From the NCBI GenBank assembly GCA_001179505.1, contig CDMY01000478.1:5067-69066 (forward strand): DNA of 64,000 nt, written 5' to 3'. Position numbers and translations under genes: made by a program. The DNA comes from Vitrella brassicaformis CCMP3155 (taxonomy: Eukaryota; Protista; Chromerida). This document shows positions 46,693 through 58,982 of this stretch, piece by piece. Every line of letters begins with the position of its first letter. The first letter of the stretch is position 1. The notes under the pieces were generated by a model. That model did not search any database, was not told the DNA's origin, and was given only the letters and a program-made list of their open reading frames with translations.

Positions 46693-47301
46693 CTAAGAGC
46701 GACGCGTTGCAGTCAGGATCATGCCGTCTGACATGTCATCCGTGTCGATGCTGAAGTTGTCGCCGACCTCTGTGCCGAGGTCGGGGAGCAGCTGCTGGAT
46801 GGCGCCACGAATCACCAGCAGCTGCTCCCCGACCTGTAGGTAAGGGAGAAACAAACAGCCCATTGGATGCGGCCCGACACATACATACATACACACACAC
46901 ACATACATACCGCCTTCCTCGATGAAGACTTCCAGGTGATGGATCTCCGGCAGCAAATCCCATTCGTCTCCCCACTGCAGTCCGGCCTCGCCCTCTCCCA
47001 GCTCATCGACATACAAGTGCACACGCGCCAGCTTTCTCCCTGAACCGACCGCCTTCAGCAGCCCCAACACCTCGCCAGCAGGCGCCGAGTAGTAGACCCC
47101 CACCTCGTTCACCTGCGGCATCAACTTGGCCAAATAGCACGCAGCCCTCAACGCGGAGCCGCCGCCCTGCATCCCGAGAGATGGGATCCGCCTCGGGCGA
47201 GAGGTGGCGGAGCAGAGCGGGGTCGGGTGTTGGTATAGTGGGAGGGACACCGACCTCAATTGCTGATAGTGCCTTGCAGCCGTGGGCAGCCAACACACGC
47301 C
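46693..47301 (-). pseudogene. C-terminal fragment of a third member of the same lineage-specific family
   Basis: RVLAAHGCKALSAIEVGVPPTIPTPDPALLRHLSPEA (frame change) SLGMQGGGSALRAACYLAKLMPQV..|VGEQLLVIRGAIQQLLPDLGTEVGDNFSID..ATRRS*. The ending parallels the 43-45 kb gene. No matching 5' half found. Confidence 0.7.
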
Positions 47302-47962
47302 CTGATCGACACACGAAGGGGGAGGTCAAGTAAATCCCACTACTGCGTGCGTGTGCGTACCCTCCGGTTTTGTTGTTCCTGATCCACGCACAGAAGGAGA
47401 GTGGATCAATCCCCGCTGAAGCCTACCGGTGCTCTACGGACGGCGGTGGCTTGTTGCCTCTCTTGACGGTTGCCCCACTCACTGGTGTGACGCTGACGAC
47501 ACACAGACGTACCAATTGCGCCACGCCATGCTGTGTATGTCAGCATCTGTTCGTGTGTCATACTCTGTGGCGCAATGTATGCATGATGTCGATGTGTGGC
47601 GCCTGTTGTGGCCCTGTTGTGGCCCTTGGCCGCCGTCAGCGAGAGCTCCCAATGAATGAAAGACCTGTGCATGGGACGGCGGCGATGAATGGCACGCAGC
47701 AGAGAGACGACAGGTCAAGGCCACTCCAGGCGTTTGTGTACCTCTTCTACGAGCAGCTGTCGAGGCCCACCTCCCTCCTGTGCCATCGTGATCTGCAGCT
47801 CCGAAGAAGGCAACATCAATAGTTGGGAGATCCGTGTCGCCGTGCCTTCTGTGTGACGTACCTGAGCCTCCGCGCCCTGATAAATCTGCTCGATGCCATG
47901 ACAACTCACTCGTTAGGGTCAAGCGTGCAGGGTTTTACACCCTACCACCCCACCATCGTCCG

Positions 47963-48269
47963 ATGTCGAAGCGCAGTGGCTCTTCTGCCGCCGCAGCCGC
48001 AACGGAGAGGCTGACCAAGTATGTCAAGCAAGAGGAGAGGTCGACCGCTACCCCCGTCAGGATTCCCAGGGACAGCATTGTCATGGAGCTGAAAAGAGAA
48101 ATCGCTGGCACTCTGGTCCGTGCTCAAGACTTGGAGCTGGTCGACGGCGATGGGAAGGTTATGGAGGTGAACCTCGACGCCTCGGTGACGGACGCACTAG
48201 CCGGACGCGGCGACTCTCAAGACATGCCCATCGTCTACAGATTTCCGAAAGAGGTATGCACACGTACAA

Positions 48270-48308
<39 letters not shown>

Positions 48309-49198
48309 CGGTGTTGCGTTGACATGTGCAGCGCCCTATGTACGAACTGAGTAAAATGCCGTCCGAACTCTATCGCAAGCCGTCCGATCTCGGCCTCAGC
48401 ATCACACCGTGGAGAGAAGACCTGCCGACAGAGCCGTTCAACGAGCATTCATTCACCAAACCTGCGGGCGATGCAGACCATAACGCCGTGTTGAAGCTCG
48501 TTACCGACAAGATTCTTCCGGCAGTCCTCAGTCACGTCCCACCAGGCAAATGGGCGTGGGCGGATGTCCAAGATCAGCGAGACGAGCTGAAAGGCGACGA
48601 GGACATGTCTTGTGACCTATCGGGCTCGCCTGGCGATATCATCATTCTGCCGGACCGCTATGTGAAGATTGGGGAGAGTGGGAAACACGAGCTCAAACTT
48701 AGCCTGCCGACCGCTCTGCAGATCACTGAGGTGGTGATTGAAGCCAAGAGCAAGACAGCGAAGATGGAGAAGAGCGGCAACTTCTCAGCTCAACTATGTG
48801 GACAGCTACTTATGACTAGGCAACATCAGAGGACTGATCAGCCCATTCTCGGGCTGCTGATGGATGGAGAGGGATGTTGGCTGAGGGCGCTGAGCAAGGA
48901 GCGACATATTCAAGAGATATTCGTTTCGGTCCACGAGGCAGCCAACCAGCTGACGCAGTACCTCCGAGGACGCGAGCCTCATATGAGGGCGTCGGCAGAG
49001 CCAACGGACGAAGACGAGGATGACGACTACGAATTTGAGGGGAGAGAGGAGCACAGGGCCATTGTACGCCAGTCGCAGCTAAGGGCGTGCATCTCACAGT
49101 ATGTGGAGGGCGTGAGAGAGGGACGAATCGCAATCCCCCACGGGTGGACATGGGAAGCGAAAGAGATGAAGGAAGTCAGTGGACCAGAAGTGGTGTAA
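47963..49198 (+). CDS. Crinkler-like (CR-type) protein: ubiquitin-like header + PD-(D/E)xK restriction-endonuclease-fold domain; exons 47963-48253 and 48332-49198 (385 aa)
   Basis: Header: TKYVKQEERSTATPVRIPRDSIVMELKREIAGTLVRAQDLELV..DALAGRGDSQDMPIVYRFP, ending at a phase-0 intron. Nuclease-like motifs: LSGSPGDIIILP, VVIEAKS, AQLCGQLL, PILGLLMDGEGCWL. The frame is open to TAA 49198. Confidence 0.72.
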
Positions 49199-51277
49199 GT
49201 GTGATGGGTGGGTGACGGCTATGTTGGCATATGGCTGGCATGTTTGTCGCTATATGAGACACTGATAACGCTCACCCAAGCCATGAATCAATGGTGCGTG
49301 CTGCCTATGTCTTGGATGCGCCGTGAATCCGATTTTTCATTCGAAGTCTTGCCAGTGCTCGTCTCACAGCACGCGCACGTGCCAACACGGACAGACACAC
49401 CTTCAAAACCACCACTCACCGCACCCTGCCCTGAGCAGTCACATGAGCAGTCACACGCAGCGTTAATCAGTCCACACGCAAACACATACACGCCACCACA
49501 CGCATCGCATCAGCTTTGACAGCTCCCTCCGAATTAAGCCAGAGCACGCTCGCATCACGCTCACATGAGTGAATGGCAAAAATCGGGTCTAACTCTCCAA
49601 AATCGAGCCTTGACCAGCAGTGAAAAAACGCACGAACTTGCCCTTCCCCCCCTCCCTCTGTCATCCACATTCACCGTCAAACACCGCCGGCAACCGATGC
49701 ATGAGATGCCGTCGCGGATGCGTCGCTGCCTTCATTGTATATCCCTCGTCGGTGTCAGTGTGTGAAATCAATGCACTGAGCAGCTTATTCAGTCAATCCA
49801 TCATGATGCGAGAGAGTCCATGTGAAGACATATATGAACAGCTTCTCTCAATCAGTCCTTGAAATGCAGGCCTTTACCAAGCTCCCTCACACCGACTTGA
49901 CCAAAGTGTCTCGCAGAGAAAGGCGCGTTCGCCTGACTGCTCCACAAAGCCCCTTGTGTATGCACAAAGCCATACCGTCCGCCACTTCGCCCCTCCATGT
50001 GTCTGTCTATCCGACAGTCACCACATAATGAGTAGTTGGCTGCCGGCCCGACGATGAACTTGTGCATGTGCCGTCAGATGCATGTGCATCTGTCTGATCT
50101 GTCCGACCTCTCAGTCATCAGGCAGGTCGTCCCGCTGCCGCCTCAGTTCAGATGTCTATCAGCTCCATTGTCAGCTCACATCAGTAAACGTCGGTACCTA
50201 TACACACACACAGACGGATGGCTGGCTGGCTGGCGGGCATAGCCTTTCGCCTCTTCCTCATGGCATACTGACCACAGACAAAGACAGGTGCGCATTGCAT
50301 CTCATTAGCCTCCTAGCTGCACACTCACTCTTCTCTTGAACTCAGCCAGACTGCGAGCGGAACACCCACTCACACCCACACCCACACACACGCACACAAC
50401 ACAGAGAGGTGACGGTCGAGCGCATGGCGATGGGATCAAGTCGTGTGTGTGTGGTTGGTGGCTCACAATCTGTCCAGATATCCGTCATGTCCTCGGCCCC
50501 CTCAATCATCAGGATGCGCTGCGGATCGTCCAGGAAGTCCTTAAGCTCTGCCACACAATACAATACACCCATACGCAGATGTGACATGCAGGATCTGCAT
50601 GCTGTGCATACGCGGCTCACTCTTGAGGCCCTTCCTCCGATGCCGCTCAGCTTGTCCAGCCAGTCCATTGCTGCGCACTGAATAGCCTCTCATACGGACC
50701 GCACGGCCAAGAAATGAAGCGACCCAAGAATAATACCCATCGGATCTTCTGCGACGGATGACGGATCGCTCATCCGCCGTCCTTGCCTTTGTTTGTCCAC
50801 TTCTTCTTCTAAGCTCGCACTCCAGGGAGCTCGCAGGTCCCTCCGGGTACTCTTTTCCATTGTTGGAGCAGTTGCATTCGCAGGAATAGACGAGAAGCGA
50901 GAATCCAGTCACGCGAGGAAGCAAGGGACCCGGCACCATCGTGTCCTGCCCGAGGACCGCGCAGATCCTACCAGAGAGTAAGTGGGATGAGACCATACAC
51001 ACACACTCACAGAGGAGGTCAGGCAGCCAGACCGATGAGAAGGGACCCAGGTCCGAGGGTGGGCGAGTGCACACAGACCAGGCAGACGGGCCAGGGAGGT
51101 GTCGGCATGTGCGCATCACTGCCATGCACATCGCAAGGCAACACCCACCAGAGACTGAGGGGGACAGACAGGCACAGCACGCAGCACAAACTGTCATGAG
51201 TGGTGTCCATGGCTGGGTGGAGGCAACCTGTCCGCCCTTCTCATGTCTGTGTGTCGGCTTGTGTCTTGTGTGTCAGG

Positions 51278-53430
51278 ATGCGTCGCGTCGAGGGCTTTCA
51301 GCAAGACTCATCGCAAGACAAGAACCATCAGCAAACATTCCTTGGTCAGTCAGTGACACACGCGACTGCTGTTCGTGCGTCAGCCAACTGACGTGGTGTG
51401 TGGCTGTCTTCGCCCTGCGTGTGTGTGTGCCTTGTGCGTGTGTCAGGTGGTCGTGATGGCCATCACCGGCCTGCACCGTTCTCAGGGGGAGGGCGCACAC
51501 CTGCACCGCTGAGACCGCACATACACAATTACACCGGTACGCAACCACACTCAAGAGTGCTCAGTCAGTCAGGCAGGGGAGGGGATACATCCATCGTCTG
51601 TGTGGATGGATGGTGGTGTGATGTGTGCAGCTTCCCAGGGTTCCGATTCCTACGGCGGGCAGCCACTCTGGGGCAGCGAGAGGGACAGGTACGGGCACAC
51701 ACATACACATACACATATACAGACGCACCATCATCCTATATATGTGACAGGGGCCCGTCATCCTCCCATCTGTCTGGCGATCGTGCGTTCCACCCGCCGC
51801 CACCACACCGTCCCCTCACCACACCCCGCCACCCATCACATCACCAGGGCATGCCGTTCAACAGAGAAGGGGAGCACACCAGTGGAGAGGGCGGCCGGCC
51901 GTCACAGCAGCAGGAGCAGGCCACAGGTGGCCTCAGGAAGTGGACAGGCATGATGGAGGATGACGACGCAGGTGAGTGGGGTGGGATGGGGCGTCCCCAC
52001 TCACTCATGCTCATTCTCATGCACCTCACCTACATGACATCCATATTATGGTTGGCGGTCTGTCCTTCTGTGCATGCAGGTCACGAGCAGAGGGCCGTGC
52101 GTCCATTCCTGCCTCCCCGCCTCCCCTTCTCGATACCGAGAGGTGGCTTTCCCCCACCGAGAGGCCGGGGCTTTGGGCCGCCCGGCATGGGACAGGGACG
52201 GCCGAACGGGCCGGAAGGTCGTGTGCTGCCCATGAAGCAGCAAGGGATGCACCATTCTCCGCACTACCCGGGGTGGCAGGGCGACAGTGGTCATAGCCCC
52301 ATCAATCTACCAGGCGGCGGCCGGTCAGGACATGGCTCCCAGTCATCCCACGAGGCGGGCTATCGCCCGCCCGTCTCCGGCAACCATCCTACCAAGGGCT
52401 TCCCGCAGAGCCAGCCCTTCCAGCAGCAGCAGCACATGCAGGGGCTGCAGCACGGTGGCTCGCAGATGAGGATGGGCCAGCAGCAGCACCAGCAGCCGCC
52501 CCCCGGGTCGCCCTACCCCCGCCGGCCCGAGCAGCATCGCAGCCCGGGAGATGGGGCCGTCCGTCAGTCTCAGCCGCCACCCCTATCGCAGGTCCCACCG
52601 CCGTTCGGGCAGCCGCCCCTTCCACCGCCCCAGGAGCGGTACACACACGCTCATGGGTCCCAGGAGTTGCCCGAGTCGCCCGAGTCGTCCTGTGAGGGGC
52701 CGCCCACTCCGCAGCCGCGCAGTCCGCCTGACTTCGAAGGACCGATGTTTGATTTCGACGAGCCGGCAGAGGCCCAGCAGCAGCAGGTGCCTGGTTTCGC
52801 TCCGTCGCCCCCCGACCAGCAGCCCCAACAGCAGCAGCAGGGCGGAGGTCATGCTCAGGTTGGGGGAGGGGCGAGTGCGAGCGCAAGCGGTCTGAATGCC
52901 GACGCTGCTCCGTTAGCTGGGGTGTGCGAGGGGGTGGGCGGCGGTGGCGTTGTTCTCCAGCAGATGGGCGAATTGATCAATGGATCGATGCAGGGTGAGC
53001 AATGGATGAACCAGACAGACAGAGAGACAGATCGACAAACGGGAGGGAGGAAGGGAGGGAGGGAGGGAAGCGCACCACACACCCACACCGTGTGTGTGTT
53101 GTGCTGTGTATGTATGTGTTGCGTTGTGCCTATCTATCAGGTATGCAGTACGCGCATAGTCAGAATGGTGACGGCTCCCAGGCGACCATGTCGTCCCCCA
53201 CACCCCATGCCTCCAACGACTACCCCCTCCAGGACCCATCTGCTGCAGGCGGCATGGCATTGCCCAACCAGATGCAGCCCCCCGACGGCAGCATGTCCAT
53301 CGACTCATCGCAGGCGAGCCCCGTGGCCGCTCCTGCCATCCAGCAGGCCGGTGCGTTCGGTCACGCCGGCTTCCCCACATGGCCTCACCACGTTGCGATG
53401 CAAGGCATCGCCAGCCAGGGCATGGCAGTC

Positions 53431-53462
<32 letters not shown>

Positions 53463-56400
53463 GCCGCAGGGAGGCGACATGGCCATGCAGCAGCAGCAAC
53501 AACCCCAGCCACAGCCCCACCAACAGCAGGAGCAGGCGGACGTGTGGCAGCAGCAGCAACAACTTCCCCAGCCGCAAGGCCAGGCTCAGATCCAAGGGCA
53601 GCAGCTCGCTGGTCGTGGCGTCAAGCAGAACTTTGGCTCCGACGCCACACTCATCACCCAGTGGTCCCACAGTGGGGACTCTGGAGGAGTCAACACGAAG
53701 AAACGCATCGCAAACGCGCCTCTGCTGCATGGCCCGTCACCGGCCCAGAATCAGTCGGCGTCGGATCTGCAGCTAGAGGCCCACTCCACCGCCGATGGCC
53801 CCCCTGCTGGCCACCCCATGGCGGCCTTCCACCCGTCTGTGCAGCAACAGCAGCAGCGTCCGCAACAGGAGATTGCTGTGGGGCCTGCTGTCGATGGCTT
53901 TGTGCTGGGCGGTGGGGTTCACGCCAGACCACATGCAGGCAGCCCTGAGGTTCCACCGGCCCAGGTCAGAGCCCAGCAGCAGCAGCAGCAGCAGCGGCAG
54001 AAGGCGCCGACGGACGAGGCGAGAGGTTGCGGTCCCTTTCCCCCTCCAGTCATCCTGCCGACGCCCGGGGAGCAGCCGCCTTACCCCGCACGGCCTGACC
54101 CGCTTCCTGCTGATGCGGGTCAGGCCGCGGCGGTCCCATCTCTGTCGGCTTCCGACAGCCGTCAGTCATCGCCACCGGGGGGGCAGCACCAGCAGGTGGG
54201 TCGGGAGAGGGTCGAGAGGGAGCGGGACGACCGTGGGGCCCCAGGGTCTCCGAGACACGCGGCTCTTCCATCGACCTCTGCTCTGGGCTCTGCTCTGGGC
54301 GGCGCCTCTGCGCCACCCGATGACATCGACCTCCCGCTCAAGTATGCCATGGCAGGGCCGAAGGATTTGCAGGAGTACCACACCATGCTGGTCAAACGAA
54401 TCGACGAGCACGAGGGGATTGGCCGAGATGCGAAAGCTAAGGCCAAGCGCAATCTGCAGACACTCATCGACCGCGTCAAGACAGAGACCTCCACAGAGCA
54501 CTTCTGCCAGATCTTCGGCAGTGGCAGCTGCGTGTACGTAGCATCCCTGTCCAGCCTGTTTGGCGCGCGCGTCTATCTCATGAGCCTGACACCCGACAGC
54601 GAGCCCGTCTCGATCTTCAACAGGCTCAGCACCGAGGTGCGGGACTGTCTCAAGGAGGCTGACGAGGTCGGCTGTGCGGCCCTCCGCACGATGCTCGACG
54701 CGAAGGATGATCGCCAGGCAGAGGAGGAGGCCCAGGCGGCTGCCCACATCACATACATGACAGGTCCCGACTTCCAGGACCGTTCAGGTATGGGTGGGGG
54801 GATGGAGGGATGGATGGATGGATGGGAGAGGGCGCATTCCTGTCAATTTGTCTTGATGTGCCACCTTGTGTTTCAGTTCGGGGCCTCCGCAAGCTCATAG
54901 CGATCGGCCTGCACCTCTTCAAGGACGAGCCCATCGAGGCCCGCCTGACCCTACTCGACATGGTCAAGATGAACCTCGAGAGCAGCATCGAGGCCAACTA
55001 CATGGCTGACATTCGCGTCCTGACGGACAGAAAGGGGATTATCCAGATGTTCAAAAAGAAACTCGCGGAAAAATACGGTGCGGGAACAGCAGAGGGGGAG
55101 GCAAGGAGGGATGTGTGTTTGTGTATGGGCTTCCTCAGAGTCTGAGATGGAGCTGCAGAGCACAGATGAGATCTTCACGACGACCGGTAAGGAAGACAAA
55201 GACAACACCACATCTAGCGGGGCAGGGCAGGGGAAGACAAAGGAGGGACGGAGCATTGGGTTCGATCTCTCTCTCTCTCTGTTTGTCAGGTGAATCTGAC
55301 AGGGCGACTTCGACAAGAGCGGCAGAAGCCAAAAAAAAGGCAACAGAAGACGGTAAGGCACCACCGCCAGATGAGTCGCACGAAAGAAAGAGGCAGGGAG
55401 GCAGGGAGAATCGAGTGTATTCGTTCGCTGTGTGATGTGTGTGTGTGTGTGTGTTTCCTCCTCAGTCGAGGCGATCCGGGAAAAATTGTCGTCTGCGTTC
55501 CCGTCAGACCCGAGCAAAGAGGAGATCAAGAACGTCAACGAATCCATCAACCAATCCATCATCGACAACTTCCACAGGACAGTGGCAGAGCCGATGGGTA
55601 CGTGGCCGACCGCTCCGCAGCTCTGCACTCGTGCACGCGCGCGCGCGCGTGTGTGTGTGTGTATTTGGCAGCGAAGGCGGAGGTCGCCGCCCTGAGCGCT
55701 GACGAGGTCATCAGTAGATACGCAAGAGATGTCGTCGAGAAGAGACGTAAGCAGGGGATGGAATGAGGGAAGGAGGGAGGGAGGGAGGCGGGGAAGAGCA
55801 GAAAGTGTCCGTCTGTTGTGTTTGGCATGGCCCACAGATGAGTACGCTGACGTTGCGGTGGTGTCGTTCGTCGTGTGCCGGCTCTTCGACATCCCTGTTC
55901 GCATCTGGAACTTCGTAAGTGACTCAACACAGGCAGACAACGCATTCATTTTCTTGATCCGTGTGTGTGTGTGTGTGTGTGTCAGGACTTGTCGGAATCG
56001 GGCACCACACACGGTGAGATCCTCTATCCGCCTGACCCGCACCAGTTCAACGCAGCCAAGGCCGCCCTCAAAGGCTACGCCATAGAGATCGCCCGCAAAC
56101 AGATCCCCAGCAAGCCAGGCAGCCCACTCGGCACAGAGCACGCCGACCTGCTCCTCAAGTGAGTGATCCACACACGCGCTCACACACACACGGGGGGGCA
56201 GACAGTCTCTCGCTTGTGTGCGTGTCGCAGCCCGACAGTGGGGCAGAGGTTGATCCAGTTCGTGACGGGCCAAGATGGCCATGAGATGGACGCGGACTGC
56301 ATGTGTTCGAAGTGCTACTACCTGAAGAAGATGAAGATCCATGTAAGCAAGAGCCCGCAGACAAGGCACACAGACAGGCACACAGCGACCATGGATGGAT

Positions 56401-58982
56401 GGATGGATGGTTCTGTCTGCTTTGTTTGCGTGTGGCAGACGGATATCAAGACGACGGACTACAGCTGTTTCTGCCGAGTGTGCCACGAGTGTGAAGAGCT
56501 CAAGAACGACTGGCTCAAACGCCATCCAGGGGTAATACCCACACACATCATAGCGCACCACACACAAAGGCAGACGTCTGTGGATGCGTGCAGTTCGCCA
56601 GCACTGACAACTCATATCAGTGCGCAGCGTGTTCGGGGCTCCCGCTGGCCGACGAACCATGCTGCATGTGCCGCAAAAGCCCATCCCTGCTCAAGAAGCT
56701 CTGCTGCGGCGAGGTGAGTCTGTTGACTATGACGCACAGACACCTGCACACACACCAGAGTCGCCTCTCTCTGTGTTTGTGTCTTGGACGTGGTGCCAGA
56801 TCATATGTTACTGGTGTGCGATGGACATCATTGTGGCGCGCGACGCCAGAGCGCGCGAATCCACAGGCGAAGGGGAGGTACTACCACACACAACACACAG
56901 CACAGCACAGCACAGCGCAGCACATCACATCACATCACATCACATCACACGCAGCCCATGTCCGTCCGTGTGTGTGCCCAGCAGCTCAAGTGTGAGGCCA
57001 AGCCGAAGTGTGAGGCCTTCGCCATCACCGACCTCATTCCCGAGAAGGAGACCCGCCTCCTGCCGCCCCTGTGCGAGCTGTGCGGTGCGTCGATCGCCAC
57101 CGGCCTGCCCGACACCCAGATCACCACGCAAACCAAGCGCCGCCCTGCCGGTGTCGTCTGCTGGCGGTGCTATGAGACCGAGGCAAAAAAGGCCGAGAAC
57201 CAAGGAGAGGTACAGTACCAACACAGACATGCACAGACATGCACAGGCAGCCAGGCAGGCATGCACGTGTGTATGTGTGTTTCCTATGTGTGTCTTGCGT
57301 GCCCACAGACCACGTTCGTCATCACGGCGGAGAGGTTCCCCAACTTCAAGGACAAGGTGTCGGTGTACGGCTTCCGCAAGGGACGTGTGAGGCTCCGCGG
57401 CCCCCGTGTCGCGCGCAGCATCGGCATCGACCTCGAGAAGTTTGCCAGCGACCAGTCGAGACGACTGCAGTACGAGGCGGATGGGGGCAGGCGTGACGAG
57501 GCGCGAGGGGGCCTCACCGAGCAGAAAATGCAGGCGGTGCTTGACGGGCAGGCTGCCACCGTGGAGGATCAGAGGTCAGCAAGAGAGAAAGGCAGGGAGC
57601 AGGCAGACTCATGCACCATCGGCTATTTCCTCTCTTGTGTGTCTGGGTGTGTTGACCTTGATCAGCCATCGCTTCACTGGCGATGGGCCCGGCCCCAGTC
57701 ACTCGCCTCAGCCGCCCAGCACGCCGTCCAACATGCCGCCCCCACCGCAGCAGCAGCCGTAAGACCATCCATCACACGCCCTTGGTGTTCTCTGTATCAC
57801 TTCTGTGTTGTTTGTGGCATGCGCATGTGTGTGTTTCGGCGCCAGCAGCTCGGCCACACCTGTCTCCAAGGGATTGGTCCTCATCGAGACCGCCAAGCGA
57901 CGGCCACTCGGCAAAGTGAGCATTTCCCAGCGCTTTGGCTTCCCAGAACTCATGGACATCCTCATCAAGACTGCTGGTCAGCCAGGAAGCGGGCAATGAC
58001 GATGTGTGTGTTTCCACCAGTTAATGTGTGTGTGTGTATGTGTGTGTGTGTCAGGTTACAGCACTCAGTTGACGTACCATGTGTCGACGCTGCCGCAAGG
58101 GCGGACGAAGATCACCTTCTCCCGTCCGCCGCTGTACATGCCCAGGCAATACTTCGACAACGACCCCAAGGCCATCTGGGAGTTTTTGCGAGACCTGTGC
58201 CACAGCCCAGCTCACATATTTGCAGACGAGTGTGAGCTGGACCGCAACTTCGCCACACTTGCACGCGCCTGCGGCATTCTGAGCAACACCGTCAATCGAT
58301 ACCTGATCGAGGCGGCCAGCGACGTGAGCATCGCCAAGATCCCCGACGCCTTCCAGCAGAGCGAGGCATACAAAGACAAGATATACAGAATCGTCAGGGT
58401 CAGCAAGAACAAACCCAAGATAGACAGAGGCGGGATGTCCATCGATGTGTGTGCACTCTGTCTGCATGGCATGCAGCTCGATGAGATGATTGGCGGTCAG
58501 CTGAAGATACTCGAGGCCCACATGGCAGAGCGAGGGATGCTGTAGGACATCTTCGCCGGCCTCATGGCCATCTATCATCCCGTCCTCGAGACGCTGCGCA
58601 TCGAGGCAGACACGGTTGGCGACGTCGCCAACCAGAACCTCTACAAAGAGATCAACCTGGTACGCCCAATCCATCCATGTGCCCATCCAAATGTGCATCT
58701 TATGGTTTGTGTGTCTGTGTTGGTGGATGGATGCAGTTTGTCGTGCACTTGGCCGAGTACGTGCCCGAGTACGAGGAGTACTGCTTCAACGTGCACGAGC
58801 AGCTCTTCTTCATGCGCTTCCAGACACTCGACCAGCAGCAGACTTCCTAACGCCGCCATATGGTGGCTAACGAGCCCCCCTCTGTCTACGGCGAGAACAG
58901 GAAGGCGCGCACTCAGGAGAAGAAGATGCAGAAGCTGAGGGAGGAGGATGCAGATCAGATGGTGGAGGGGCTGAAGGAGTGA
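51278..58982 (+). CDS. Very large multi-exon protein: Q/P/G-rich disordered N-half, putative otubain-like OTU domain, Cys-rich RING-like region; in-frame stops in the 3' exons
   Basis: About 20 GT-AG exons with strong GC3 bias. QIFGSGSCVYVA (Cys codon 54529-54531), NFHRTVAEPM, EYADVAVVSFVVCRLFDIPVRIW, TEHADLLL (His codon 56139-56141); CMCSKC, CFCRVCHEC, CAAC, CCMC..CCGEIICYWC..KCEAKPKC, CELC, CWRC. 5' end uncertain (may begin ~50.9 kb). First in-frame TAG is at 58543. Confidence 0.7.

Noticed and set aside
50470-50960. Minus-strand exon-like pieces (MDWLDKLSGIGGRASR|ELKDFLDDPQRILMIEGAEDMTDIWTD)
   Set aside because: Too short, with an upstream in-frame stop and no recognisable product, so not supportable as a feature.
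54951-56684. 577-aa minus-strand ORF
   Set aside because: It runs antisense across exons and microsatellite introns of the plus-strand gene, and its translation includes intron-derived THTHT/CVCV runs.
58543-58850. Genome-wide stop-codon reassignment explaining the in-frame TAG/TAA
   Set aside because: Intact genes in this window terminate normally with TAG (rpl34, rlmI), TAA (48-kb gene) and TGA (hemF).
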